Source of the DNA: Candidatus Fermentibacterota bacterium
GTDB lineage: Bacteria; Fermentibacterota; Fermentibacteria; Fermentibacterales; JCC-6
Direction: 5' to 3'
DNA length: 64,000 bases
Assembly (NCBI GenBank): GCA_963845085.1
Contig: CAWJQI010000001.1
Span: forward strand, 64,001 to 128,000
The translations under genes were made by a program, and so were the position numbers. The notes below the pieces were generated by a model. It was not told the DNA's origin, ran no database searches, and was given only the letters and a program-made list of their open reading frames with translations. Below are positions 18,935 to 28,374 of this stretch, piece by piece (positions within the stretch are counted from its first letter, which is position 1; each line of letters begins with the position of its first letter).

Positions 18935-21085
18935 TCATCCCTCCAGCACTTCCCTGACCCTTGCAGCCAGCTCCGCCATCTTGTAGGGCTTTCCAATGAA
19001 ACCGGCCGCCATCGAGGCCATATCCTCACCGTTCCGACCGAACGCGGAGTGGCCGCTCACGATCAGAATGCGCGTTCCCGGTTTCATCCTCTGAAGCTCG
19101 CGCATGCAGTGGTATCCCCCCATGCCCGGCATGTTCAGGTCGAGGATCACAAGATCGATCCCGCCTGTTTTGAAGAACACATCCAGGGCCATTTCGCCAG
19201 TATCCGCGGTGATCACCCGGTAGCCGCACGCCGACAGCAGTTCGACGGTCTGCCTCAGTATGTCCGGCTCGTCGTCCACAACGAGTATCGTCTCGCTGCC
19301 TCGCGGGAGCACGCCACTCCGGGGTTCCTCAGCTGCCGCAGGCGCTTTTTCACCGGTGACGACGGGAAGGAAGACTTTGAATGTCGTACCTTCGCCGACC
19401 GTGCTCCGGCAAAGCACTCCGCCTCCGTGGTTCTTGACTATGCCGTAGACCGAGGCGAGCCCGAGACCGGTCCCCCGCCCGGGTTCCTTCGTTGTGAAGA
19501 AGGGGTTGAACACCTTGTCAATCATTTCCGGAGGGATGCCGCACCCCGTGTCGGTCACGGAGAGCATCACGAACGGTCCGGGTTTCAGGTCTTCGAGCTC
19601 ATGGCAGGCGCTTTCGTCAAGAATGGTGTTCGCGGTGCGGAAGAAGAGCTTTCCGCCCGAGGGCATCGCATCCACGGAGTTGCCCGCAAGATTCAGTATC
19701 AGCTGCTCCATGTGAACGGGATCGGCCTGCACCAGGCGGAGTTCCGGATCGAGCTCGAGCGAGATCTCGATCATCCGGGGAATGGTCTGCTGCAATATCT
19801 GGGCCGCATTCGTGACCTCGTGGTTAAGGTTGAGGCTGGTCTTCCTGCTCTCCATGTTCCTGCTGAAGGCAAGCAGCTGGCTTATCAGGGCGGCCGCCCT
19901 TCTGCTCGCTCCGAGGATCTGCGCGAGCTCCCTGTGATCGGGATCGTCCTCTGATCTCCTTGCGAGGAGCAGCTGGGCGTATCCGCCGATCACCTGCAGG
20001 ATGTTGTTGAAATCATGGGCGATACCCCCGGACAGGGTTCCCAGTGCCTCCATCTTCTCGGCATGCTGCAGACGCTGCGATTGATCGAGGAGTTCCTGCT
20101 GAGCGAGTTCCAGGCTCGCGACCTTCTCCATCAGCCTGCGTTTGAGCAGCAGGCTGACTGCAGTCAGGCAGACCAGCAGCACCGCGGTGAAAAGCGCCAC
20201 AAGTTTGAGCGTCTGCATCGCCTCGGGGCTGAGCCCCTCATGCATCTCCATGGAGATCCATCGCTTCTGAAGGGCTTCGAGCTCCCTGTCGGAGATGTCC
20301 GAAAGCGCCTTCTGCACGGAACTGAAGAGCAGCGGGTACTCCCTGCTGATCCCGATGCTCCACTCGAAGAAATAATCGGTCGTACCCGCGACCCGCAGGT
20401 TTGAAAGCCCCTCCTGATCAGCGTAGTAGGCGGCGACCGCAAGGTTCTCAACGAAGGCGTCCGCCTCTCCGAAGGCCACCGCTCTGAGCCCCTCCGGTAC
20501 GTTCCAGAGGGCTCTGACCTCGAAAAGCCCCCGGCTGTGGCTTCGCACGTACTCCTCTGATGCAAAACCCGACACAACCGCAACGCGATTGCCGGCCAGG
20601 TCGTCGAGGGTCAGCCTTCCCTGCCTCGCGCGCGAGGTTATGATAACGACGGGAACCCTCGCGTAGGGTTCGGTGAAGTAGGCGAAACGCTCGCGCTCGA
20701 CGGTTCGAACGATGGTCGGGGCCACGGCGCATTCGCCATCGGCCAGAGCCTGCAGATGCCTGTTCCAGTCGTCGCAGGGCTGCTTCACGAACGTGATGCC
20801 GAGCCTCTGCTCGACTGCGGCGATCACATCCGCTCCAAGCCCCGTGAAACTCCCTTCGGGAGAAGCGAACTCGACCGGCGGGAAATCCGTGTTGTAGTAC
20901 AGGACAAGACTGTCGCCGTGCTCATCCAGCCAGGCCAGCTCCTCCTGGGATAGAAGGGTTCCCCGTTCTCCCTGAAAGAGCTTCGGCAGGAAAAGAAGGG
21001 CAACGGTCAGGATGGAGGCTGCGGTCACGAAGTACAGCGCGATGAGCAGTCTGCCTCCCGGCCTTCCGGTCATCGGTTGTTCCAT
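18935..21085 (-). CDS. Hybrid sensor histidine kinase (periplasmic solute-binding domain, HisKA, HATPase, REC)
   Basis: PBP type-2 domain (DFPPVEF), LGTLSGGIAHDFNNIL, PFFTTKEPGRGTGLGL, ILVVDDE..LDLNMPGMGG..KPY. Confidence 0.94.
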   Translation of the reverse strand: MEQPMTGRPGGRLLIALYFVTAASILTVALLFLPKLFQGERGTLLSQEELAWLDEHGDSLVLYYNTDFPPVEFASPEGSFTGLGADVIAAVEQRLGITFVKQPCDDWNRHLQALADGECAVAPTIVRTVERERFAYFTEPYARVPVVIITSRARQGRLTLDDLAGNRVAVVSGFASEEYVRSHSRGLFEVRALWNVPEGLRAVAFGEADAFVENLAVAAYYADQEGLSNLRVAGTTDYFFEWSIGISREYPLLFSSVQKALSDISDRELEALQKRWISMEMHEGLSPEAMQTLKLVALFTAVLLVCLTAVSLLLKRRLMEKVASLELAQQELLDQSQRLQHAEKMEALGTLSGGIAHDFNNILQVIGGYAQLLLARRSEDDPDHRELAQILGASRRAAALISQLLAFSRNMESRKTSLNLNHEVTNAAQILQQTIPRMIEISLELDPELRLVQADPVHMEQLILNLAGNSVDAMPSGGKLFFRTANTILDESACHELEDLKPGPFVMLSVTDTGCGIPPEMIDKVFNPFFTTKEPGRGTGLGLASVYGIVKNHGGGVLCRSTVGEGTTFKVFLPVVTGEKAPAAAEEPRSGVLPRGSETILVVDDEPDILRQTVELLSACGYRVITADTGEMALDVFFKTGGIDLVILDLNMPGMGGYHCMRELQRMKPGTRILIVSGHSAFGRNGEDMASMAAGFIGKPYKMAELAARVREVLEG

Positions 21086-21205
21086 TGTTCGAACAAGCAG
21101 CCTCCAGCATCGAAGTCAGGACCGGCTGATCGGTCATGCACAGGATCGAAGCAGACCAGCCGCCATGATACAAGACGCCACCCTGTCAGTCAAACCCCGC
21201 AAAAC

Positions 21206-21243
21206 GAAAAAAGGACCCCGAAAGCCGATACTTTCGGGGTCCC
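21206..21243 (-). terminator. Intrinsic terminator after RRM gene 1
   Basis: Plus strand GGACCCCGAAAG-ccgata-CTTTCGGGGTCC preceded by an A run (U-tract on minus). Confidence 0.85.
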
Positions 21244-21256
21244 TGCGTGCTGTTGA

Positions 21257-21541
21257 CTAGTAGCGGGGTCTTCTGGGTCCGGCGTTCCTGGGGCGCTCTT
21301 CGCGAGGACGGGCCTCGTTGACCCTGATGTCGCGGCCGCCGACTTCCCTGCCGTCGAGGGCGCTGATGGCGGATTCCGCGGCTGCCTTGTCGGCCATCTC
21401 AACAAAACCGAAGCCCTTGGGCCTACCGGTGTCCCTGTCGGTGATGATTCTTGCGCTTGTCACCTCTCCGAATTCGGCGAAAAGGTCTTCAAGCTGCTTC
21501 TCGGTCATGTCATACGACAGGTTTCCAACGTAGATGTTCAT
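21257..21541 (-). CDS. RRM RNA-binding protein (Rbp family), copy 1
   Basis: RNP2 IYVGNL, RNP1 KGFGFVEM, RVNEARPRE. Confidence 0.96.
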   Translation of the reverse strand: MNIYVGNLSYDMTEKQLEDLFAEFGEVTSARIITDRDTGRPKGFGFVEMADKAAAESAISALDGREVGGRDIRVNEARPREERPRNAGPRRPRY

Positions 21542-21641
21542 TTCTCTCCTAAGTGCAAAAAAGCACCCTCATTGAGGGCCAGACCATACTGAACATCGTT
21601 GTTCAGCACGCGAAACTAATCAACGAAAAAAAGTGCGTCAA
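21542..21641 (-). promoter_or_regulatory. Sigma70 promoter and structured 5' leader of RRM gene 1
   Basis: TTGACG-17-TAGTTT, then 5 nt, GCTGAACA-ACGA-TGTTCAGT, CCCTCA-A-TGAGGG hairpin, T6, AGGAG. Confidence 0.7.
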
Positions 21642-21666
21642 GTATTCCGCACATGGCCCTGTAACA

Positions 21667-21704
21667 GGAAAAGGCCCCGAAGGTTTGAGCCTTCGGGGCC
21701 TTCC
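21667..21704 (-). terminator. Intrinsic terminator after RRM gene 2
   Basis: Plus strand AAGGCCCCGAAGG-tttgag-CCTTCGGGGCCTT with a short U-tract on minus. Confidence 0.8.
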
Positions 21705-21715
21705 GGAACCGTTCT

Positions 21716-22012
21716 TTAGAAACGGGGCCTTCTGGGGCCGTTGCTGCTGCTGCTGCTCCGGGGACGATCTTCCCTGGGGGTAGCTTCGTTGACCCTGAGG
21801 TCACGACCGCCGACTTCCCTGCCGTCGAGCGAGCTGATGGCGGACTCGGCGGCTGCCTTGTCGGCCATTTCCACGAACCCGAAGCCCTTAGGTCTTCCGG
21901 TGTCCCTGTCGGTTATAAGACGGGCGCTTGTAACCTCTCCGAATTCGGCAAAGAGGGCTTCAAGCTGCTTCTCAGTGATGTCGTACGACAGGTTTCCCAC
22001 GTAAATGTTCAT
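21716..22012 (-). CDS. RRM RNA-binding protein (Rbp family), copy 2
   Basis: MNIYVGNLSY..KGFGFVEM; near-identical protein to copy 1; AGGAG SD. Confidence 0.96.
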   Translation of the reverse strand: MNIYVGNLSYDITEKQLEALFAEFGEVTSARLITDRDTGRPKGFGFVEMADKAAAESAISSLDGREVGGRDLRVNEATPREDRPRSSSSSNGPRRPRF

Positions 22013-22105
22013 TTCACTCCTAAAAAAGACGCCCGTTATGGGCTGATTCAACTGAACATAGTTGTTCAGCCCCCAATGATAGTGATTTCATAACCTCGGT
22101 GTCAA
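22013..22105 (-). promoter_or_regulatory. Sigma70 promoter and structured 5' leader of RRM gene 2
   Basis: TTGACA-18-TATCAT, then 5 nt, GCTGAACA-ACTA-TGTTCAGT, GCCC-ATAAC-GGGC hairpin, T6, AGGAG. Confidence 0.72.
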
Positions 22106-22219
22106 GTGTAAAATGCAGGGGCACCTCCGGGAAGAAAACCGTGGCCGCCTGCCGGCCGGAATCCGGGACGGACCGGTCATCCATCTGCATATTCGCGTGT
22201 CGCACACGGGAGGAAGGCA

Positions 22220-22876
22220 TTGCTCGAACTGAGGGGTCTCGCGGTTTCGGCGGGTGGAATCATGTTGTTGTCGGGCATCGACCTCACCCTCTCGAAGGGT
22301 GAGATGATCGCCGTGTGCGGACCGTCGGGGTGCGGCAAAACCAGCCTTCTCCGAGCGGTGGCGGGGCTCGACGACCCTGCGGCGGGAACGGTCCTGCTGG
22401 ATGGCTCCTCCCCTTTCGCAACGGGCTGGCCGCGTTTCAGACGCAGAGTGGTTCTGGTTGACCAGAGGCCGGTTCTGATCCCCGGGACCGTGCGCGACAA
22501 CCTGATGCTGCCCTTCCGGTACTCCATATCCGGGGGCCTCGGCTTTCCCGCCGGGGAGGCCCTCTCCCTTCTTGAAACGTTCGGCGTGTCGGGGGACCGG
22601 TTCTCACAGGAGGCCCGAACCCTCTCCCAGGGTCAGCAGCAGCGGGTCTGTCTTGTCAGGTCATTTTTGTTGAAACCGGACGTCCTTCTTCTCGACGAAC
22701 CGACCAGCGCTCTCGACCCCGGTGCGGTGTCATCCGTCGAGAAAACGCTGGCGGACGAAACACGCCGGAGGGGGCTCTCCGCACTCGTCGTCACCCACGA
22801 CAGGGAGCAGGCCGGAAGGCTCTGCGACAGGGTGCTGGACCTGTCCGCGTACGGGGCGGTGGAACATGTCTCCTGA
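22220..22876 (+). CDS. fetA: ABC transporter ATP-binding protein (FetA/YbbL-like)
   Basis: GPSGCGKT, LSQGQQQR, LLLDEPTSALD, VTHD; upstream of a UPF0014 permease. Confidence 0.85.
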   Translation: MLELRGLAVSAGGIMLLSGIDLTLSKGEMIAVCGPSGCGKTSLLRAVAGLDDPAAGTVLLDGSSPFATGWPRFRRRVVLVDQRPVLIPGTVRDNLMLPFRYSISGGLGFPAGEALSLLETFGVSGDRFSQEARTLSQGQQQRVCLVRSFLLKPDVLLLDEPTSALDPGAVSSVEKTLADETRRRGLSALVVTHDREQAGRLCDRVLDLSAYGAVEHVS

Positions 22877-23675
22877 AAACGCTGTGATCGACCTTTCCGC
22901 AGGTGACGTTGCGATCTCCGCCGCACTCGTTCTCGTGTCGGGAGGGATCAGCATCGCCCTGAAACTCGGCATGGAGAAAAAACTTGCGCTCGCCTCGATC
23001 AGAACGGTGACCCAGTTGCTGCTGATCGGTTTCGTTCTGCAGAGGGTGTTCGAGATCAGCACCCTTCCCGCACTGCTGCCGGTGCTGCTGCTGATGCTTG
23101 TCGCCGCTGCACACACAGCGGTTGGAAGACCGGCCCGCACCTTCTCCGGCCTGGGGCCGCTGGCTTTCGGCACAATGGCCGTAACAAGCCTTGCGGTGAC
23201 CATTACGGCCACGGGCCTGATCGTCGGGGTTGAGCCCTGGTACAAGCCATCCTATCTGATCCCCCTGATGGGCATGGTGCTGGGAAACACGATGAACGGT
23301 GTCTCGCTCGCAACGGATCACTTCCTTGAAACCCTTTCGGAGCGAAGGCACGAGGTGGAGATGGAACTTGCCATGGGGGCCACCCGATGGGAGGCCGCCC
23401 GAAGACCTGTGGCCGAGTCGGTGCGCCGCGGGATGATACCCATAATCAACAGCATGATGGTCGTGGGGGTCGTTTCACTGCCTGGGATGATGACGGGACA
23501 GATTCTCGCAGGCACCGATCCGGCGGTTGCGGTAAGGTATCAGATAATGATAATGTTCATGATAGCGTCAGGCGCCTCGATGGGTTCGATGGGAATGGTT
23601 CTGCTTGCGTACAGGCGGCTTTTCAACTCCAGGCACCAGCTGCTTTTCGGGCGCATCAGGGGGAGAAGGAAATGA
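22866..23675 (+). CDS. fetB: ABC permease, UPF0014/FetB family
   Basis: RTVTQLLLIG, YLIPLMGMVLGN, LAMGATRWEA, VGVVSLPGMMTGQILAG..AVRYQIMIMF. Confidence 0.92.
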   Translation: MSPENAVIDLSAGDVAISAALVLVSGGISIALKLGMEKKLALASIRTVTQLLLIGFVLQRVFEISTLPALLPVLLLMLVAAAHTAVGRPARTFSGLGPLAFGTMAVTSLAVTITATGLIVGVEPWYKPSYLIPLMGMVLGNTMNGVSLATDHFLETLSERRHEVEMELAMGATRWEAARRPVAESVRRGMIPIINSMMVVGVVSLPGMMTGQILAGTDPAVAVRYQIMIMFMIASGASMGSMGMVLLAYRRLFNSRHQLLFGRIRGRRK

Positions 23676-23708
23676 CCCTTGCCGGCTGGAACACCTGAGG
23701 AGGTTCTT

Positions 23709-25130
23709 GTGCTGATAAAACATTTTATTACACCGAAGATCGCGCACAGTTCGTACATCCTCGCGGGAAGCGGCTCGTGCGCCGTGGTGGATCCCTCGAG
23801 GGACAGCCATGCCTACATCAGGGCCGCGGACGAGCTTGGCGTCCGGATCACCCATGTTCTCGAAACGCACCTCCACGCGGACTTCGTTTCGGGCCACCGC
23901 GATCTGGCTGCCCTTACCGGCGCAGAGATCATCGCCCCCAGTGCCGCCCTGTGCGCGTTCCCCCATCGTGGCGTCAGGGAGGGCGACAGCTTTCATCTTG
24001 GCAGCGTTCTGGTTGAAGTTCTGGAAACACCCGGTCACACCCCGGAGCATGTAAGCTACGTGGTGACCGATACCGCAAGGGGAGCCTCACCGGCTGGTGT
24101 CTTCCCGGGAGACACCCTCTTTGTGGGAGATGTGGGCAGACCCGACCTTTTCCCCGGAATGGCCTCGAGCCTCGCGGCCCGTCTTTTTCAAAGCCTTGAA
24201 AAACTCATGGAGCTTCCGGATTTCTGTGAGGTGTACCCCGCTCACGCCGCCGGTTCGCTGTGCGGACGCTCCATGTCATCCAAGTACACAACTACCATTG
24301 GTTACGAAAGGATGTTCAACCCGGCACTGCTTCTCAAGGATGAGGAGAGTTTCGTCGAGTCGCTCACGACGGGGATGCCTCCCGCCCCCGATCACTTCTC
24401 CCGCTGCAGCGGGATCAACCGTCAGGGCCCCGAACTTCTTTCGACCCTGCCCCCCCCTGCACCGCTTGAGCCGGCCGCTTTCCTGCGGGCCTTATCCGAT
24501 GAAAACCACTTCGTCCTCGACGTGAGAAGGTATGACGCCTTTGCCGCCCAGCACGTTCCCGGAGCCTGGAGCATTGATTTCACGGGCAACCTTCCCACCT
24601 TTGCGGGCTGGGTCACACCACCCGACCGCGACATCCTCCTGGTGGCCACCGGTCCCGAAGAGGCCCGGGAGGCAGCGCTCTGGCTCCGCAGGGTCGGGCT
24701 GGACAGGGTATCCGGATACCTCGAGGGCGGAATGTTCTCCTGGGCGGTAAACGGTCTGCCGACGGCGCACATGGGGCTTGTGTCAGTTCAGGAGGCCAGC
24801 GCCGCGGCATCCGGAGGTACCAGGCTCATACTCGACGTTCGTGCGCCCTCGGAGTTCGAAGACTTCCACTTCCCCGGTTCCCTGAACATCCCCGCTCCCG
24901 ACCTCCGGAGCCGCTACGGCGAGCTCGACCCCCGGGGGGATTACCTCGTCCTGTGCAGCACGGGCCAGAGATCTGCCCTCGCAGGCAGCATTCTTCTGTC
25001 AAAGGGGTTTTCGGAAGTATCATGCGTGGCGGGGGGCATGAGGGGATTTCAGGCTGCTTCACTGGCCCCGGCATGCCCATTGTGTTCACTCCCCCACGGC
25101 CCCAGGGAGAAGCGTTCAGGCGACAGGTGA
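23709..25130 (+). CDS. MBL-fold metallohydrolase with two rhodanese domains (persulfide dioxygenase-like)
   Basis: ETHLHADFVSG, TPGHTPEH, GDTLFVGDVGRPDL, PAHAAGSLCG, two LDVR rhodanese repeats, CSTGQRS. Confidence 0.92.
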   Translation: MLIKHFITPKIAHSSYILAGSGSCAVVDPSRDSHAYIRAADELGVRITHVLETHLHADFVSGHRDLAALTGAEIIAPSAALCAFPHRGVREGDSFHLGSVLVEVLETPGHTPEHVSYVVTDTARGASPAGVFPGDTLFVGDVGRPDLFPGMASSLAARLFQSLEKLMELPDFCEVYPAHAAGSLCGRSMSSKYTTTIGYERMFNPALLLKDEESFVESLTTGMPPAPDHFSRCSGINRQGPELLSTLPPPAPLEPAAFLRALSDENHFVLDVRRYDAFAAQHVPGAWSIDFTGNLPTFAGWVTPPDRDILLVATGPEEAREAALWLRRVGLDRVSGYLEGGMFSWAVNGLPTAHMGLVSVQEASAAASGGTRLILDVRAPSEFEDFHFPGSLNIPAPDLRSRYGELDPRGDYLVLCSTGQRSALAGSILLSKGFSEVSCVAGGMRGFQAASLAPACPLCSLPHGPREKRSGDR

Positions 25131-25150
25131 ATGGCGCGCGGGACCCTGCG

Positions 25151-28100
25151 TCAGGAACGGGGCCGTTCCAGGCCTGCTTCACTTTCCATGCGCTGCGCCT
25201 CACGGCTGAAGGAATCGTTCCAGGCGGCTCCGATGAGAAGGTTTTCATGGCGTTGACGGCGCAGCTCGAACCAGTCCTCCCTGCTGCCGGCTTCAGTGAG
25301 GACAGCGTCAGCCTCATGAGTCCGCCCCGTTCCGTGAAGATGAAGGGCGAGCAGCCCGGCTGCCCTGAAAGAGGCTCTGGGCGTTCCGGCAAGCATCCTT
25401 TCCCGCAGGGCCTCCGCCGGGCCGGGCGGGTTCGTGAGCCTGATCTCCATCCAAATCCGCTGCAGGTCCAGCTCATCCCTGGTGATGCTTATGCTGTTGA
25501 TGCTTATCGGGGCAAGACACCTGTCCCCCACCATCCGCAGAGCCCGCTCGACGGACTCCAGTGAAGCGCTAAGGTCCCCGGTCCGCTCCAGGATAAGTGA
25601 GTTGGTGTACAGGGCGGCAGGACAATCCGGCCGAATCTGAAGGGGTTCTTTCAGTGCTTCCGCCGCCAGCTCCACGTGACCGCCTTCCAGCAGCATCCTG
25701 CACCTGATCAGGTCCATCTCCCTCATGAACTCTGAGTCATCGAGCCGTTCGGCGCTCTTTGCCACTTCCATTGTTCCCGTTTCCACCCTGCGGTTCTGAA
25801 ATGCATGGTACGCAGCATCCACCCCCAGGGCCCGGGAGCATGTCATTCCGTAGAACGATGCCTGTTCTGTGGCAAGACGTTCGGCTTCCCCGAGGTGCTT
25901 AAGGGCAGTTACCGGCTGACCCGCAAGAAGGTAGAATTCTCCGATGTCATGGACGAAGTACCAGTGGAACGTGAAGTCGCCCTCCCTGTGCCTCAGCATG
26001 TCGCGGCATGCCTGGTAGCCCATGCCGGGCGTGTTCATTGCAATCGCGCAGAAGAGCTTCTTGTGTGCGATCTGCACAAGCAACCCACCGTGGCGGGGCA
26101 TTGACCCGTCAAGAAGCGATTCGGCCTCGGTCAGACGGTCCAGAGCCTCGGGTGCCCTGCACGCCCTGCTGAGGGAATCCGACAGTTTTATCAGCGTGTC
26201 CACCCTGTCATTCCCGGTGGTCGAGGAAAGCATCCCCTCAAGCTCATGAACCGCCTCGGGGCTTCTTCCCTGTACACGAAGGCTGTCGGCGGCAAGCAGT
26301 CTGTGCGCGGAAGCCCTCTCCGGAGCGCCGTTGGCGATGGCGTAGTCGGCTGCTTCAAGGGCTGTCTCACGCACTTTCTCCCAGTAGCCGCAGTTCACCT
26401 GGGCACGGATCAGTTCGTCATCGAGATCGAACACGTCTTCCGGAGCAACCTGTCCAGTGGCCACCAGCCCGTCGGCCTGAGCTCTGGCCCTCTCCAGGCA
26501 GGCAACACCAACTCCTGGAAGCCAGGTATTGCGGCTGGCATCGGAGCCTTCCCTGTAGTTCATGTAGGCATTGAAGGTGTTGCCGATCTTCTCGAGGTGA
26601 TACCCGGCCTCGAGAAAATCGCCGTTCTGCCTGAGTGTCCCGGCCAGCGCCGAGTGGGCTGCGATCAGAACGCTTCTGGGCGCTGAGGAATAAACAGCAA
26701 GCCTCACGGCTTCGTTCGGGTAGCGATAGCTCAGAAGAGCCTCGCGGCCGGGCGCCAGCACACCCGCCTTCACAGCGTCGTCGAGAAAACCCAGGACCTC
26801 TCCCTCGGTGAGGCCCGTACTTTCGACAAGGAAAGCAGGGTCGGGGTTCCCCCTCCGGTCTGCCGAAGCGTGCTGAAGTACGAGAAGGCACTCACGGGAG
26901 AGGGCCAGAAGCCTGCTTCCAACAATGCCTTCCACCCTCTCGGGGATCGATGAGAAAGAACCTTCGCCAGGAAGACCCTCGCCCGAAAACTCACCATCCC
27001 GGGAACAGCCCGCCCTCAGGAACTCACAGGCGAAAAGCGGGTTGCCCCCGGAGAACCTGAACACCCTGGCGGAGATATCCTGCAACGGCTTGGATGAACC
27101 GAGCCTGGCCCTCACCAGCTCGCCCACCTGATCACGGTCGAAGGGTTTCAGGTGAAGCTTTCCGAACTGTCCGGATCCGGGGAGAACGGCTGACAACTCC
27201 CCGAGGGAATCGGAGCGGGTGGCAACCACAAGCGAGAAACCCGACGGTATCCCGGCCCGAAGGGCGTAGCCGAGGAAGGATGCCGTCCCGGGATCGAGCC
27301 AGTGTGCGTTGTCAACAAGGAAAACAGTGGGAAGCCGGGTTGAAAAAAGAGACGAGAGGGCTTCGAGCACGGCCAGCGAATCGGGACGTACCAGCGGAGA
27401 TTGCGACCCGTGAAATATTCCCGGAAAGATGCCGCAAAGCACCCGGGACCATGGGGCATCAGTGTGCGAACCGGAGGCCGATACGAGACCCCTGACCCAG
27501 GGCAGCAGGGAAGCCCAGGAGATGCCTGACAACTCGGGTCTCGCCTCGATGCGGCACACCGTACCGGATGGGAAACGCGCAGCTGCCTTTTCCAGAAGAA
27601 GGGTCTTGCCTGAACCAGCGTCGCCGGTCAGAAGCAGCCCCGTGTTCACGGGTGAGGCCTGCGCCTTCAGGATAAAGGCCAGTTCGTCGTCGCGGCCCAC
27701 AAAGACGTCATCGTGCCAGAAAAGGGTCTCACCGGTCTGGTGCGCCCTCCTTATGCAGTTCCCCCCGGCACTTTTGGCCCTGTACATGGCGCGGTCGGCC
27801 GCCCTGAGAACATCACCCGCCAGAGGTCCGTGCAGGGGAAAGAGCGCCTCCCCTATGCTCACGGTGACCCCCCACCGCGGTTTCAGGGTGTTGTTGACAG
27901 CTTCGAGAAGCCGTTCGCCAACCCTGTTCCCCGAATCGGCGCCCGGAACCAGAACGACGAACTCATCCCCTCCGAACCTCACGGGACGGTCTTCGAACCG
28001 GACCCTGTTCACAAGAATCTCCCCCACCCGCTCAAGGACTGCGTCGCCCTCGGCGTGCCCCAGAGTGTCGTTCACCCGCTTGAAGCCGTCCATGTCAAGA

Positions 28101-28255
28101 AACAGGACGGAGAACTCATGATCGAGCGCAATGAGGGAATCAAGTGTGTGCAGAAGGTACCGGCGGTTGGGCAACCCCGTGAGATCGTCCATCCATGACG
28201 ATGAGCTGTGCGCCGGTATCCCGAACCTGGTCAGCAGACCGGGGCTGATGCTCAC
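25151..28255 (-). CDS. Diguanylate cyclase (GGDEF) fused to a STAND-type AAA ATPase and a TPR-like helical region
   Basis: DDLTGLPNRR, DMDGFKRVNDTLGHAEGD, RFGGDEF; FVGRDDEL, GDAGSGKT, VDNAHWLD, SGGNPLF; helical C-terminal half. Confidence 0.88.
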   Translation of the reverse strand: MSISPGLLTRFGIPAHSSSSWMDDLTGLPNRRYLLHTLDSLIALDHEFSVLFLDMDGFKRVNDTLGHAEGDAVLERVGEILVNRVRFEDRPVRFGGDEFVVLVPGADSGNRVGERLLEAVNNTLKPRWGVTVSIGEALFPLHGPLAGDVLRAADRAMYRAKSAGGNCIRRAHQTGETLFWHDDVFVGRDDELAFILKAQASPVNTGLLLTGDAGSGKTLLLEKAAARFPSGTVCRIEARPELSGISWASLLPWVRGLVSASGSHTDAPWSRVLCGIFPGIFHGSQSPLVRPDSLAVLEALSSLFSTRLPTVFLVDNAHWLDPGTASFLGYALRAGIPSGFSLVVATRSDSLGELSAVLPGSGQFGKLHLKPFDRDQVGELVRARLGSSKPLQDISARVFRFSGGNPLFACEFLRAGCSRDGEFSGEGLPGEGSFSSIPERVEGIVGSRLLALSRECLLVLQHASADRRGNPDPAFLVESTGLTEGEVLGFLDDAVKAGVLAPGREALLSYRYPNEAVRLAVYSSAPRSVLIAAHSALAGTLRQNGDFLEAGYHLEKIGNTFNAYMNYREGSDASRNTWLPGVGVACLERARAQADGLVATGQVAPEDVFDLDDELIRAQVNCGYWEKVRETALEAADYAIANGAPERASAHRLLAADSLRVQGRSPEAVHELEGMLSSTTGNDRVDTLIKLSDSLSRACRAPEALDRLTEAESLLDGSMPRHGGLLVQIAHKKLFCAIAMNTPGMGYQACRDMLRHREGDFTFHWYFVHDIGEFYLLAGQPVTALKHLGEAERLATEQASFYGMTCSRALGVDAAYHAFQNRRVETGTMEVAKSAERLDDSEFMREMDLIRCRMLLEGGHVELAAEALKEPLQIRPDCPAALYTNSLILERTGDLSASLESVERALRMVGDRCLAPISINSISITRDELDLQRIWMEIRLTNPPGPAEALRERMLAGTPRASFRAAGLLALHLHGTGRTHEADAVLTEAGSREDWFELRRQRHENLLIGAAWNDSFSREAQRMESEAGLERPRS

Positions 28256-28327
28256 CAAAACCTCCCTTGCTGGAGTGTTTTCTGCGAAGAAAGGCCTGGC
28301 AAGTCAAGGCTTAAAGAATGGGTTCGA

Positions 28328-28362
28328 CGCTCCGCCCCTCCCCGGACTGGAGAGGCGGAGCG
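28328..28362 (-). terminator. GC-rich hairpin downstream of the FG-GAP gene (no clear U-tract)
   Basis: CGCTCCGCCCCTCC-ccggact-GGAGAGGCGGAGCG. Confidence 0.45.
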
Positions 28363-28374
28363 CCTTGAAGAGTG

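Noticed and set aside
28318..28365. GGTTCGA resembling a tRNA T-loop
   Set aside because: No cloverleaf can be formed; the region is a simple hairpin.
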